Source: Oleiphilaceae bacterium
Lineage (GTDB): Bacteria > Pseudomonadota > Gammaproteobacteria > Pseudomonadales > Oleiphilaceae
DNA length: 49,698 nt
Assembly: GCA_041591755.1 (NCBI GenBank)
Contig: JBFHRI010000001.1
Span: 1-49,698, forward strand
Direction: 5' to 3'
Position numbers and translations under genes: made by a program. Below are positions 28,884 through 39,359 of the stretch, in pieces. The notes beneath the pieces are model-generated. The model made no database searches and was not told where the DNA came from. It was given only the letters and a program-made list of their open reading frames with translations. The stretch's first letter is position 1. Every line of letters starts with the position of its first letter.

Positions 28884-29561
28884 ATGTTTGGGCGCAAGAA
28901 ACGTAAGCAGAGTCCGGTATTACGCCACTTTGATACCCTGATCTCACGTAAAACGCAGATAGAAGGCGATTTGTATTTTTCCGGCGGCTTGCATATCGAT
29001 GGCAGCGTGCGTGGTACGGTACGCGCCAAAGAGGGCAGTGAGGGCGTGGTGCGCATCAGCGACATTGGTGTGGTCCATGGCGATGTTTTTGCGCCACACA
29101 TCATCGTCAATGGCAAGGTTAATGGCAACGTCCATGCGTCCAAACACCTGGAATTGGCACCCAAGGCATCGATCGCAGGTAATGTTCATTACCACCTGAT
29201 CGAGATGGCCATGGGGGCGGAGGTCAACGGTAAGCTGGTCCATGAGATGCCGAAACCCGAAACCGCTGCCCAAGCGGCCCCCCAAGCTGAAGCCTCGCAA
29301 GATGGTGCGAAACGAGAAGTGAGTGGATCTGCGGTGCCGAAAACTGAGGCGGCAGCAGAGGATGCCGTCGTGGCAGCGACGGTCCAGTCCGCTCCCCGAA
29401 AAGCGGCCTCTGCGCCCTTGACCAGCAGTTCCGAGGCGGTGTCTTCGGTGGCCCGAGAGTTAGCCGCAGCGGTTGAAGAGGGGGCTAAAGAGCGTGGCCA
29501 AGCGGTCAGCTCGCGTGAGCAAGTTGCCTTGAAAGCCGTGGCCAAGCCCAAGCTTAAATAG
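28884..29561 (+). CDS. bactofilin-family polymer-forming cytoskeletal protein
   Basis: 225 aa from ATG 28884, with AGGAGA upstream. Repetitive beta-helix pattern (IEGDLYFSGGLHIDGSVRGTV..., VHGDVFAPHIIVNGKVNGNVHA..., IAGNVHYHLIEMAMGAEVNGKL). Ala/Glu/Ser-rich C-terminal tail. Confidence 0.8.
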   Translation: MFGRKKRKQSPVLRHFDTLISRKTQIEGDLYFSGGLHIDGSVRGTVRAKEGSEGVVRISDIGVVHGDVFAPHIIVNGKVNGNVHASKHLELAPKASIAGNVHYHLIEMAMGAEVNGKLVHEMPKPETAAQAAPQAEASQDGAKREVSGSAVPKTEAAAEDAVVAATVQSAPRKAASAPLTSSSEAVSSVARELAAAVEEGAKERGQAVSSREQVALKAVAKPKLK

Positions 29562-29644
29562 TTGACTGAATTACTCGGGTAAAGCGATAATTGCCGCCCG
29601 CGCCAGCATTGGTGTTGACGTGTTAGAAGCAGGCCCAAGTTTAG

Positions 29645-29998
29645 ATGAGTGTGGTAGATTCGTTTGTTCCGACCCCCTTGGTATTTACCGATGCGGCGGC
29701 GGCCAAAGTCAAAGAGTTGGTGGAAGATGAGGGTAACCCTGATCTCAAGTTACGGGTCTATGTGACTGGTGGTGGTTGCTCCGGGTTCCAGTATGGCTTC
29801 ACCTTTGACGAGGAGTTGGCCGAGGATGACACGGTGATTAGCAACCAGGGCGTCAATCTAGTGGTGGACCCTATGAGCTACCAATATCTGGTCGGCGCCA
29901 CGGTGGACTACCAGGAAGGTCTTAAAGGCGCCCAATTCTCGGTGAGCAACCCGAATGCCACGTCCACTTGTGGCTGTGGATCTTCGTTCTCGATCTAA
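29645..29998 (+). CDS. erpA: iron-sulfur cluster insertion protein ErpA
   Basis: 117 aa HesB/IscA family protein. GGGCSGFQY and C-terminal CGCGSSFSI. Confidence 0.9.
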   Translation: MSVVDSFVPTPLVFTDAAAAKVKELVEDEGNPDLKLRVYVTGGGCSGFQYGFTFDEELAEDDTVISNQGVNLVVDPMSYQYLVGATVDYQEGLKGAQFSVSNPNATSTCGCGSSFSI

Positions 29999-32148
29999 CT
30001 CAGTCCCCTCGTGGCGCAGTCTGGCGCCGCGGTCTTAAGTAGACGCGTAATCAAAGCCTTAAAGTGAGTTTGTGCCGCTTTTTTGCCGGTCCATTTTCCT
30101 GCGCGCGCCAGCTCCACCCAATCACACCCTTGCAGACGTTGTGCTATCAGATCTCGCTCCGACGGAGGCCATTGGGCGATTTCTGCCTGCACCCCAGGCA
30201 GCTGTAGGAACACCATGAGCTCTGGTATTACATCTTCGAAACTGCGGTAGGCCTGGCAAAACGCCGGCAATAGCTGCAGTTGGTAGACCTGATCGGCTGA
30301 GGCCTGACTCAATCCTTCCGCCACCCGCGCTCGCGTATGTCGATCGAGCGCAGCAAAATGCGAATGTTGGAGCTGCTGAAACAGCAGGCTGAAGCGTCGT
30401 TGCGTGTGTTGGACCAAGGCCATTGCCTGGTCGCAAAGCGGGAGTGCGACTTGGGCCGAATGGCAGGCATTGGCGCTGTCGATGCGATAACCGATACGGA
30501 GGAGTGAGAAGTCATTGCCTTGCCAGAATCGCAACAATTCCGCACTGAGCCCAAAACTGCTACAGAGATAATCTTGCTGCTGTAGTTGCGCGCGTTCGCG
30601 CGCCGCGCGGATAAGCCGTGAACCAATGCCCTGTCCCTGCAGGCCAGGCAACACCGCGATTCGGAGAACCCGCAGAGTACGTAGCCGCAGCCAGTCAGCT
30701 TGCGCGCTAAACTGTGTCAACGCTTGAGGTAGCAAGTGTCCTCTGGGGCGGCGCCGACCTTCTATCAAGCCTTGAGCTAAGTCAGGATCCTCGATCCCAC
30801 CTTCTGCCAGCAGCACGATGGCACCCAGCAAAGCTTTACTCGAGTCCTGGTATACCGCGATTTGAACGGCAGGGTGGTCGAGTAGCATCCTTAAATCTGA
30901 GGGCTTTGTTTGATAGTGTGCGCTTACCAGCAACCCAAAAAGCGAATGCAGTAGCGTCGCATCTGTTGCCAACTCAGCTTGTGTAAGCCAATAAATTTCA
31001 GGCGCGGATGCGCTATTGAGACGCACCTGGTCCGGCACGTCCGCCTGTAACAACAAGGCTTCGTTGATGCAGTTCTCCAGCAGGTCATGCTGACACCAGC
31101 GAATGGCTTGCTGCAGTGTCAGCACTTGCGGGGGTGCGGCTTCTCGCGCTTGCGTCAAGGCGAGCAAGCCCTGCTGCAGTTTCAATGCGAAGCCACGGCC
31201 TGAGCCTTCATAGCCGTATTGGGTACTGGCATAGACGACTCTTGGATAGCGCTGAGCGATTGCTAATAAGATTTGCAATGGCAGCATTGCGGCTTCATCG
31301 ACCAAAACCAGATCGGCAGGCGGTGAATTGAGCAGCAAAGTATCGGGTGCGATGCAGATGAGTTGCCCCGGGGCATCCGCAGAGCCGTTTTCAGAGAAGT
31401 GCTGCAGCACGATTTGCGTTTGCTCGCGCGCCGGGGTGCAGAGGAGAATGCGCACCCTTTGGGCGCGACATAAGTGTGCCGCCGCCAAGCCCAAGGCACT
31501 GGACTTGCCGCGGCCGCGATCAGCGTGCAGCATGAGCAAGGCAGTGCTGTGCGCGGTCATGGCGATAATGGCCTGTATAGCGTGTTGTTGCGAGCGTGTG
31601 GGCAAGGTCGGGTTGAATGGTGTGGTGGAAGTCGGTTTCAACCCGCTGAGTTGCGGCAATCGGGCGATGTGTGCAGGTTGCAGCCACAGCACGGCAGGAT
31701 GGGTTTGTAGACACTGCCACAGACGGTGTATGAAGTGATGGCCACAACGTGCCAGCTCATCCGCATCTCGACACATGCGCGGGTAGTCGCGGTCTTTTTC
31801 GCGCATTAGCTGAGCATAATCGGGCAGCACTAATCCCAACCAGCCGCCCGCCTTGACGAGTCCAGATGCGGCCGCCAGCTGGTCCGGATTGAGGCCTGCA
31901 AAACCATCATAGATCAGTGCTTCGCATTCATGACCGAGCAGTTGGTGTAGCCCCGTATTGCCCTGCGCGTTGCTGACCAGAACGGGCGAGTGCTGGTGAA
32001 ATTTATCCAGGAATTGCTGGGCCAGCGCTAGGCAGTTCGCGTGCTCGCCGCATACCACAAACATCGCGCGATGACCCTGCTGCAGTGCAGTCAGCAATGG
32101 TTGTAAGCGCTCTACACTGTGGCTTGGGTCGTCGGCGGAGGTCGACAT
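29995..32148 (-). CDS. tmcA: tRNA(Met) cytidine acetyltransferase TmcA
   Basis: 717 aa. Helicase-type P-loop ([12 protein letters not shown]) followed by a GNAT motif ([17 protein letters not shown]). TmcA-like architecture. Confidence 0.75.
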   Translation of the reverse strand: MSTSADDPSHSVERLQPLLTALQQGHRAMFVVCGEHANCLALAQQFLDKFHQHSPVLVSNAQGNTGLHQLLGHECEALIYDGFAGLNPDQLAAASGLVKAGGWLGLVLPDYAQLMREKDRDYPRMCRDADELARCGHHFIHRLWQCLQTHPAVLWLQPAHIARLPQLSGLKPTSTTPFNPTLPTRSQQHAIQAIIAMTAHSTALLMLHADRGRGKSSALGLAAAHLCRAQRVRILLCTPAREQTQIVLQHFSENGSADAPGQLICIAPDTLLLNSPPADLVLVDEAAMLPLQILLAIAQRYPRVVYASTQYGYEGSGRGFALKLQQGLLALTQAREAAPPQVLTLQQAIRWCQHDLLENCINEALLLQADVPDQVRLNSASAPEIYWLTQAELATDATLLHSLFGLLVSAHYQTKPSDLRMLLDHPAVQIAVYQDSSKALLGAIVLLAEGGIEDPDLAQGLIEGRRRPRGHLLPQALTQFSAQADWLRLRTLRVLRIAVLPGLQGQGIGSRLIRAARERAQLQQQDYLCSSFGLSAELLRFWQGNDFSLLRIGYRIDSANACHSAQVALPLCDQAMALVQHTQRRFSLLFQQLQHSHFAALDRHTRARVAEGLSQASADQVYQLQLLPAFCQAYRSFEDVIPELMVFLQLPGVQAEIAQWPPSERDLIAQRLQGCDWVELARAGKWTGKKAAQTHFKALITRLLKTAAPDCATRGLS

Positions 32149-32234
32149 CTTAAAAAAGCTCTAAGTAAAGGTCGTAGATTGTACGCTAAAGCCCAATCCC
32201 GCCATAATCGCAGTTTTAGGTTGAGGACACCCCT

Positions 32235-32822
32235 TTGAAACAGAATCCAGCGCTTAATCGAACCTCGTTTATCATGATGTTTTTCGCGTTCGCGTTAGGC
32301 ATGATCTTGTCTAACCTGCTGCAGCAGCATGCTCAGGGCCCGAGTATTGAACCGCCCAGCCAGGTGATTCTGAACTATCGTGGACAGGACTTTAGAGCAC
32401 AGGAGCTGCCGTCTGATTTTGTCGAGCCGTATTGCCGCTTAGTGCGCCAGGGCGTGGTGCAACAACTTTCTTTATTGGCGCAGGCGGCACTGAACATTCA
32501 TATTGCCGAACTGGCTCAGCGTGAGCAGTTGAGTTTTGAGGCCGCGCGGGAAAAAATCTTGGCTGTGGGTGAAATCAGTGATGCCATGGTGGAACAATAC
32601 TACAGTGACCATGCGGCGAAATTTACGCGCCCGCTGTTTGAGGTGAAAGAAGAAATTAGGCAGTCCATTCAACGCACGCTAAGCAAGGGCCGCAGCCAGG
32701 AAATCATGCGAGGGCTGATTGATCGCGGCGATTTGATCTTTTTCCCGGACGCCCAGCCGCCTTTGTGTCCTGCCAATGATGGCGCCAAAGCAATGCCGGC
32801 GGACAAACTTACGCAAAATTGA
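32235..32822 (+). CDS. membrane-anchored protein of unknown function (weak SurA-N/PpiD-like chaperone resemblance)
   Basis: 195 aa, TTG start, N-terminal TM segment FIMMFFAFALGMILSNLL. The segment EQYYSDHAAKFTRP recalls SurA-N/PpiD domains, but this resemblance is weak. Confidence 0.45.
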   Translation: MKQNPALNRTSFIMMFFAFALGMILSNLLQQHAQGPSIEPPSQVILNYRGQDFRAQELPSDFVEPYCRLVRQGVVQQLSLLAQAALNIHIAELAQREQLSFEAAREKILAVGEISDAMVEQYYSDHAAKFTRPLFEVKEEIRQSIQRTLSKGRSQEIMRGLIDRGDLIFFPDAQPPLCPANDGAKAMPADKLTQN

Positions 32823-32935
32823 GCCGGATGTCATAAACTGGTTATCCTTTGAACGAGCGAATATACTAGCCCGCCTTTGCGTTCGCACCGGCCGTAAGGT
32901 GGCGAGCATAGCGTGTTTTAAACTATGAGCAGATT

Positions 32936-34615
32936 ATGGCGTTGACGCAGTCCGAGCAGAAAAAATTTGCCCAGGCCAGTATCGAGAGCATGTATCGGGT
33001 CTTTACAGTGCCCGAGGCGCCATCGTCGACACTGGCGCGTATCGACCGAGACATTTCCGCTAACCTGGCGGGATTTCTCCAAGATCACATCGTGGCGGTC
33101 GAGCATGATCTGCAGGCGATGGAGAAAGATTTTTCCGATTCCCGCATTCCCGAGAAACCTATTTTCGTTTCTGAGCACACCCAATTCGTGCTGGACAAAC
33201 TGGTTTCGCGTTCGGTTCACACGGCCTCGCCCAGCTTCGTCGGGCACATGACTTCGGCCTTACCCTATTTTATGTTGCCTTTGTCCAAGATCATGATTGC
33301 CCTCAATCAGAATCTGGTCAAAACCGAAACCTCCAAGGCCTTTACGCCCTTGGAGCGTCAGGTCAGCGGGATGTTACATCGCCTGGTATACAACCAGGAT
33401 GACGATTTCTATGCGCGTTGGATGCACAATGCAGAGTATTCGCTGGGCGCTGTGTGTTCGGGTGGTACGATTGCGAACATCACGGCCCTTTGGGCAGCGC
33501 GTAATCTTTGCTTGCCGGCAGAAGGGCAGTTTCGGGGTGTGGCGCATGATGGCCTGTTCCGCGCCCTGCAATATTATGGCTATGAGGGCGCTGCGATCGT
33601 GGTGTCCAAGCGGGGTCATTATTCCCTGCGCAAGGCTGCAGATTTGTTAGGGATCGGCCGCAGTAATCTGGTCGCCATTCCAACTGACGATAATAATCGT
33701 ATCGATCTGGATGCTTTGCGTGCTGTCTGTGAGGATCTGCAACAACGTAAGATCTGCATTCTTGGTATTGTCGGGATTGCCGGCACGACCGAAACAGGTA
33801 GTGTCGACCCCTTGGACGAAATGGCGGAGATCGCACGACAGTTCAAGGCGCATTTTCATGTCGATGCCGCTTGGGGCGGCCCCACCTTGTTCTCCAATAC
33901 CTATAAACATTTGCTCAAGGGCATTGAAAAAGCGGATTCGGTGACACTGGATGCGCACAAGCAGCTTTATGTGCCGATGGGCTGTGGCATGGTCTTGTTT
34001 AAAGATCCGGCCAAACTCAAAGCGATTGAACACCACGCACAGTATGTGATTCGTCAGGGTTCCAAGGATTTGGGTGCCACCACGCTCGAGGGTTCACGTC
34101 CAGGCATGGCCATGTTGGTACATTCCGGGTTGAAAATCATTGCCCGCGAAGGTTATGAGATTCTGATTGATCAGGGCATCGAAAAAGCACGTGACTTTGC
34201 CACGATGCTGGACCAGCAATCCGATTTTGAGGTCATTTCCTATCCCGAGTTAAATATCCTGACCTATCGCTATCGTCCTGCTTACGCAGCGGCGGCGCTG
34301 GCGGAAGCCGATCAACACCAGATGGACCGCATCAACGAGGTCTTGGATCGAGTGACCAAGGCCATTCAAAAGACACAGCGTGAGAAGGGCTTGTCGTTTG
34401 TCTCGCGTACCCGCTTGGAGCCGCTGAAATATGGTGGCCGACCCTGCGTGGTGTTTCGTGTGGTCTTGGCGAACCCGCTGACCACGCGTGAGATTCTGCA
34501 GGACATTCTCAAAGAGCAGCGCGAAATCGCCGAACACGATGAAGGATTGCGCAGCGCGATGCGCCAATTGCAAAGTGTGTGTGCTAAAACCAAACAGCGT
34601 GCTGCTGGGGCGTGA
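32936..34615 (+). CDS. group II PLP-dependent decarboxylase, possibly PanP-type aspartate 1-decarboxylase
   Basis: 559 aa. HMTSALPYF, SGGTIANITALWAAR and DAHKQLYVPMGCG (PLP lysine) motifs. The size and N-terminal region recall the putative pyridoxal-dependent aspartate 1-decarboxylase family. Confidence 0.8.
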   Translation: MALTQSEQKKFAQASIESMYRVFTVPEAPSSTLARIDRDISANLAGFLQDHIVAVEHDLQAMEKDFSDSRIPEKPIFVSEHTQFVLDKLVSRSVHTASPSFVGHMTSALPYFMLPLSKIMIALNQNLVKTETSKAFTPLERQVSGMLHRLVYNQDDDFYARWMHNAEYSLGAVCSGGTIANITALWAARNLCLPAEGQFRGVAHDGLFRALQYYGYEGAAIVVSKRGHYSLRKAADLLGIGRSNLVAIPTDDNNRIDLDALRAVCEDLQQRKICILGIVGIAGTTETGSVDPLDEMAEIARQFKAHFHVDAAWGGPTLFSNTYKHLLKGIEKADSVTLDAHKQLYVPMGCGMVLFKDPAKLKAIEHHAQYVIRQGSKDLGATTLEGSRPGMAMLVHSGLKIIAREGYEILIDQGIEKARDFATMLDQQSDFEVISYPELNILTYRYRPAYAAAALAEADQHQMDRINEVLDRVTKAIQKTQREKGLSFVSRTRLEPLKYGGRPCVVFRVVLANPLTTREILQDILKEQREIAEHDEGLRSAMRQLQSVCAKTKQRAAGA

Positions 34616-34667
34616 AAGGTTCTAAGAATTGCCGACTGTTAAAGTATTGACGGTGAGACGTTTACAG

Positions 34668-34769
34668 CCCCTCCCCCTTAAGAAGGGGGAGCTTGGGAGG
34701 GGGTAAAGCGCCTGGCTCCGCGTTGCCTGCTTAACCCCCACCCTGACTCTCCCCTTTAAGGGGAGGGAG
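34668..34769. repeat. REP-like C/G-run palindromic repeats (two copies)
   Basis: CTCCCCCTT-AAG-AAGGGGGAG (34671-34691), with a flanking CCCTCCC/GGGAGGG alternative pairing. A second copy, CTCCCCTT-T-AAGGGGAG, is at 34749-34765. Both lie between convergent genes. Confidence 0.6.
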
Positions 34770-34809
34770 CTAAAGTTGATGCCTGCGACTTGAACGTATT
34801 GTATGACTG

Positions 34810-35076
34810 TCAGTAAAGCGCCTCTTCGTCATCCAAAACCTGATTAATAATCTCCAAAAATAGTTTGTCCGCATCGCTCAACTCTTCGGGAATACGCACG
34901 ATCGTGTTGGCGCTGATTTCTTCGGCAATCAGTTTGTCCGCATTCGGTTCGTTTTTGAGGCGTCGCGCAATTTCCATGCATTTGGGCGCCACACTGGGAT
35001 CACTCAATACTTTACGAATAAAGGTACTGAGTTCGCTGATGATGCGCGCCTGACGGCCTTCTTCTGCACTATGCAT
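34810..35076 (-). CDS. small acidic hypothetical protein
   Basis: 88 aa from ATG 35076, with AGGAGA upstream. The ORF opens at 35124. No motif recognised. Confidence 0.45.
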   Translation of the reverse strand: MHSAEEGRQARIISELSTFIRKVLSDPSVAPKCMEIARRLKNEPNADKLIAEEISANTIVRIPEELSDADKLFLEIINQVLDDEEALY

Positions 35077-35301
35077 AAACTTCTCCTGATTCAAAAAAGT
35101 GCGTGTCTGCGAAAGCAGAGCCAACGGCTTCTAATTAAAAACCAGAACCGGCGAATGCACAATCTCGATGCGTTGACCCGAATGGTAATCTTGCTAACTC
35201 GCAGGGGCGTGTCGGATGCGCGATTTCTGCTACCCTTAGAGATTGACTAACAATAATCCGTTCCATCGCTAGCGATTTATGCCCCGGAGTAAGTGAGCCC
35301 A

Positions 35302-37884
35302 ATGCCAGGACTGCGCACCTGTTCAATGCTGCTATGGATAGCTTGTCTATGGCTAACGAGCTTGCCCGCATTTGCTTCGGAGATCCCGCTAAATCAGCTT
35401 GAGCCTGGCCAGATCAACCAAATGATCCGCTTGCAGGTGTTGCATGAAAGCGCAGATCCCTTGACTCCGGAGCAAGTCTTAACACATGAGGATTGGCAGG
35501 CGCCAGAGGTCTTGCCGGCAAATTTCGGCTATCTCGATCACGCGGTTTGGTATCGTTTTCGCGTTCGCAATCCCGAGCCGGTGCGCCAGTCAAACATCCT
35601 AATCATCAACTACCCAATGCTTGATTTCATCAATTTGCTTGAGGTGCGACAGGGGCAAGCGTTGCTGATTGCCGAGGCAGGAGATGAACTACCCTACCAT
35701 GCACGTGAAATTGATCATCCCTATTTCCTGTTTCCATTAACCCTGGAAGCGGGCGAGGCGCGCGAGTTCCTGGTGCGGGTGCAAACCGAAGGAGCGCATC
35801 TGTTGCCAATAGAGTTGTGGCGGGATCGCGAACTGTTCGTCAAGTTAGGGCATGAAGATCAATTGCATGCCGTGTACTTTGGCGTGGTGGGCGTCATCAT
35901 CTTTTTTAACCTGCTCATCTATGTGGCGCTGCGCGAAAAGATGTATCTGTACTACGTCTGCTCAGTGTTCATGTTTATGCTGTTTTTTATGCTGATGCGG
36001 GGTAAGTTGTATCCGATTCTCTTATCAGAAGATCCGGCATTCCATAAGACCCTGTTATTGCTCGTGTTGCCGGGCTGTTTACTGTTTTCAGCCCTCTTCT
36101 CACGCGAATTCCTCTCTCTGCCGCAGTATAGTCGCGCGCTCGATTTACTCTGCCGTTGTATCGCAGGGTCGGCGCTTTTCTGTATGGCCTGCATTCCTTT
36201 CTTGACGGCGCAAATGTCGCTCAAACTTTCGGTTGCGATCGCGGTACCGGGGACTTTCCTGTTGCTGTTGTTCGGACCACTTCTAGTGCTGATGGGCAAT
36301 CGCAACGCGTGGGTATACGTTGCTGCGTGGAGCACCCTAATGTTCGGCTCTGCCATCACCGCGATGAGCAAGCATGGTATGTTGCCGGTGAGTTTTATGA
36401 CCGAGTTCGGCATGCAGATTGGATCGGCCCTCGAGGCTTTCATCTTCAATGCGGCACTGGCCTTTCGTTTCTATCGCGAGCACCAGGATCGGATTACGGC
36501 ACAACAGGCACGTTTGAAAGAAAACGCGGAACGACGCGAAGCAGAATTAAAACTGGTGCAGGCCTCAATGTCGGAACCGGTGACGCTGCTGCCCAACCGC
36601 ATGTGTTTCGAGCGTCAGATCACGCTGGAGTTGGCGCGTCGAGAGGCCCGACGTTTGGGGGTCGGAGTGATTGAGATTCGGCGTTACGGAGAAATCAAAC
36701 GCTCTTTGGGGCATCATAATACCGACCTGGTGATGCGCGAAGTGGCGCATCGTATGAATCAATGGTTCGCGGCCATGCCCGGTTTGATCGTGATCGATGG
36801 CCCTTCCTTCTCGGCCAATATTTGTGCATTGGAGCAAGGTACGTTTGGCGTATTGGTCAATGCTGATACCGCTGAGCATGATTACTCGCCCGTCAGTGAA
36901 GTGATTCGGCGCCTGATGAAGCCCATCGAATACAATGGCATGCGACTGACCATGAACCCTTCTATTGGTATTGCTGTGTGTCCGGAGCATGGCGTGAATG
37001 CCGCAACCTTATTACGCAACGCGCAAGTGGCCGCCGATTCGACCGAAGCACACGAGAAAACCCTGGCCTATTATCGCCAAGATATCGACCAATCGAACGC
37101 ACGCCGGTTGGTGTTGATATCCGAGCTGCGTGACGCCATCGAAAACAATGCGCTCGAACTCTATTTCCAACCTAAATGGGATTACCAGAAGCGCCAAGTG
37201 GTGTGTGTTGAAGCGCTATTGCGTTGGCACCACGAGCGTTATGGCATGGTGCGTCCGGACGAGTTTGTGGCCCTGGCTGAGCAGACCGGCATTATTCGAG
37301 CGTTGACCCGTTGGGTGATTGACCGCGCATTGTCTTATCTCAAACGGTTTCACGATGAAGGCTTCAATATCAGTATGTCGATCAACATCTCCGCATTGAA
37401 CCTGCGCGAAGCGGATTTGGGCGAGTTCTTGCAAACCACCATTAAGAAATATGCATTGAACTCGGCGGATGTGTATTTGGAGTTGACAGAAACGGCCATG
37501 ATGCAAAATTCGCAGGTGTCCATCTTGAAGCTGGCAAATCTGCGTAAGACCGGTATCAAGGTTTCGGTCGATGATTTTGGCGCAGGCTTTTCTTCGTTGA
37601 GTTATTTACGCAGCTTACCCGCCGATGAAATCAAGATTGATAAGTCTCTGACCGCCTACATCGCAACGGAAATTCAAAGCGAAATTGTCACGCGTAAGTC
37701 GATTGAAATGTGCCATGCCCTGGGCTTTGAAGTCGTGGCTGAGGGTGTCGAGTCACCGGAGATGATCGAGTTGTTGCAGGCGATGGGTTGCGATCAGATT
37801 CAGGGCTACGGAATCAGTCCACCCTTACCATTCGATGAGCTTTTATATTGGTTGCGCCACCAGAGCGAGAAAGTGTGCCTTTAA
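35302..37884 (+). CDS. 7TMR-DISM sensor with degenerate GGDEF domain and EAL phosphodiesterase domain
   Basis: About 860 aa. Signal peptide, periplasmic domain, seven hydrophobic segments and a coiled coil. The GGDEF-like domain has LLPNR, but EQGTF replaces GGDEF. The EAL domain has EALLRW, DDFGAGFSSLSYL, KIDKSL, AEGVES and QGYGISPP. Confidence 0.85.
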   Translation: MPGLRTCSMLLWIACLWLTSLPAFASEIPLNQLEPGQINQMIRLQVLHESADPLTPEQVLTHEDWQAPEVLPANFGYLDHAVWYRFRVRNPEPVRQSNILIINYPMLDFINLLEVRQGQALLIAEAGDELPYHAREIDHPYFLFPLTLEAGEAREFLVRVQTEGAHLLPIELWRDRELFVKLGHEDQLHAVYFGVVGVIIFFNLLIYVALREKMYLYYVCSVFMFMLFFMLMRGKLYPILLSEDPAFHKTLLLLVLPGCLLFSALFSREFLSLPQYSRALDLLCRCIAGSALFCMACIPFLTAQMSLKLSVAIAVPGTFLLLLFGPLLVLMGNRNAWVYVAAWSTLMFGSAITAMSKHGMLPVSFMTEFGMQIGSALEAFIFNAALAFRFYREHQDRITAQQARLKENAERREAELKLVQASMSEPVTLLPNRMCFERQITLELARREARRLGVGVIEIRRYGEIKRSLGHHNTDLVMREVAHRMNQWFAAMPGLIVIDGPSFSANICALEQGTFGVLVNADTAEHDYSPVSEVIRRLMKPIEYNGMRLTMNPSIGIAVCPEHGVNAATLLRNAQVAADSTEAHEKTLAYYRQDIDQSNARRLVLISELRDAIENNALELYFQPKWDYQKRQVVCVEALLRWHHERYGMVRPDEFVALAEQTGIIRALTRWVIDRALSYLKRFHDEGFNISMSINISALNLREADLGEFLQTTIKKYALNSADVYLELTETAMMQNSQVSILKLANLRKTGIKVSVDDFGAGFSSLSYLRSLPADEIKIDKSLTAYIATEIQSEIVTRKSIEMCHALGFEVVAEGVESPEMIELLQAMGCDQIQGYGISPPLPFDELLYWLRHQSEKVCL

Positions 37885-37887
37885 GCG

Positions 37888-38091
37888 TTAAATTTCACAA
37901 TCCACATAATTGACGCGCAAGGCTTCTTCGGCGGTCATTTCCCAGCCCTGTGGACGGCTACCGCGGACATGCTGTGGGGTTGAGCCCTGTGCTGCCTCCG
38001 CCGCTACGGCGGGTGTTAAACCCTGTTTTGCCCGCGCGGAAACAAGAGTGGGCTTGGACTTTCTGCGGGCTTCGCTGAGCACCTGAACCAT
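37888..38091 (-). CDS. hypothetical small ORF (doubtful)
   Basis: 67 aa, Ala/Arg/Gln-rich. No motif and no clear Shine-Dalgarno. It lies in the gap between the EAL gene and selD. Confidence 0.2.
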   Translation of the reverse strand: MVQVLSEARRKSKPTLVSARAKQGLTPAVAAEAAQGSTPQHVRGSRPQGWEMTAEEALRVNYVDCEI

Positions 38092-38315
38092 TGAAACGAG
38101 CCTGTAAAGTTGTGTAACGCTGGGCCGGTAATCTTAGTACATTTCGTTACAATGTAAAATCTGCTGATCTGTCTGGGATTGCTATTTGGCGCACGCAGTA
38201 TTTTTCAAGGCGCAGCGCTCCTATCTAATGCTGAATGGCCATGCCTGAAATTGACCTTCCCCGCAAAGCCGGTTAGCGTTGCGCCACCGCATTAATGACA
38301 GCGTGAAATACCAAC

Positions 38316-39359
38316 ATGAGTGATCCCGTCTCCAACATTCGCTTAACCCAATTCAGCCACGGCGCTGGCTGCGGCTGTAAGATTTCTCCGGCCGTGCTCG
38401 ACGTGATTCTCGCCGGCAGTGGTGCCCAACATCTTGATCCACGACTCTGGGTGGGGAATGCCTCGCGCGATGATGCAGCGGTCTATGCGCTGGATGATGA
38501 ACGCGGCGTGATTTCCACGACCGATTTTTTTATGCCGATCGTGGATGACCCTTTTGATTTTGGTCGTATAGCGGCAACCAACGCAATCAGTGATGTTTAC
38601 GCGATGGGCGGCACGCCCTTAATGGCGATCGCCATTCTCGGTTGGCCGGTGAACCAGCTAGCGCCTGAATTGGCGCGTGAAGTTGTGCGCGGTGGACGCG
38701 CCGTATGTGATGCGGCCGGTATTCCGCTAGCCGGCGGCCACTCGATTGATGCGCCAGAGCCGATCTTTGGGTTAGCGGTGACCGGTGAGGTGAAACGCGC
38801 CCATATCAAACGCAACGATACCGCGCAGGTGGGCGCACGCCTGTTCCTAACTAAGCCGCTGGGCATCGGTATTTTGACCACCGCCGAGAAGCGCGGCGTG
38901 CTGCGCGCGCAGGACATCGGTCGGGCCCGGGATTTGATGTGTACCTTGAATCGTGTCGGGAGCCGTTTTGGTGAGTTGTCCGGAGTTCAGGCGATGACCG
39001 ATGTCACCGGTTTCGGTTTGGCCGGTCACCTGGTTGAAATGGCCGACGGCAGCGGCCTGACGGCGCGCCTCGATTTTACAGCGGTGCCGTGCATTGCGGG
39101 CGTGGAGCATTATCTTGCCTTGGGCTGTGTTCCCGGCGGCACCGAGCGCAACTATGCCAGTTATGGTGAGCGCTTGGCGCCGCTTACACCATCGCAAAAA
39201 CAGCTGCTGTGTGATCCACAAACCAGTGGAGGCTTGCTAGTGGCGGTAGCGCCTGAAGAATGCGCGCATTTTCTGGATGTGGCACTGAGTGCCGGCGTCG
39301 AGGCGATCGAAATTGGTGAAATGTGCGCACGCTCCAGTTACGCGGTGGAGCTTGCCTAA
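38316..39359 (+). CDS. selD: selenide, water dikinase (selenophosphate synthetase)
   Basis: 347 aa. N-terminal [11 protein letters not shown] glycine-rich loop (Cys form, no in-frame UGA) and PurM-like fold motifs. Confidence 0.95.
   Translation: MSDPVSNIRLTQFSHGAGCGCKISPAVLDVILAGSGAQHLDPRLWVGNASRDDAAVYALDDERGVISTTDFFMPIVDDPFDFGRIAATNAISDVYAMGGTPLMAIAILGWPVNQLAPELAREVVRGGRAVCDAAGIPLAGGHSIDAPEPIFGLAVTGEVKRAHIKRNDTAQVGARLFLTKPLGIGILTTAEKRGVLRAQDIGRARDLMCTLNRVGSRFGELSGVQAMTDVTGFGLAGHLVEMADGSGLTARLDFTAVPCIAGVEHYLALGCVPGGTERNYASYGERLAPLTPSQKQLLCDPQTSGGLLVAVAPEECAHFLDVALSAGVEAIEIGEMCARSSYAVELA

Noticed and set aside
29995-29998. 4-bp convergent overlap of the erpA and tmcA stop codons, and the abutting folK/pgi stops at 4859/4860.
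   Set aside because: Compact convergent gene ends are common. No structure or extra signal is associated with them.
38316-39359. Possibility that selD itself is a selenoprotein with an in-frame UGA at the N-terminal loop.
   Set aside because: The loop reads GAGCGCK with TGC and TGT cysteine codons, and there is no in-frame TGA. No SECIS-like context is needed.
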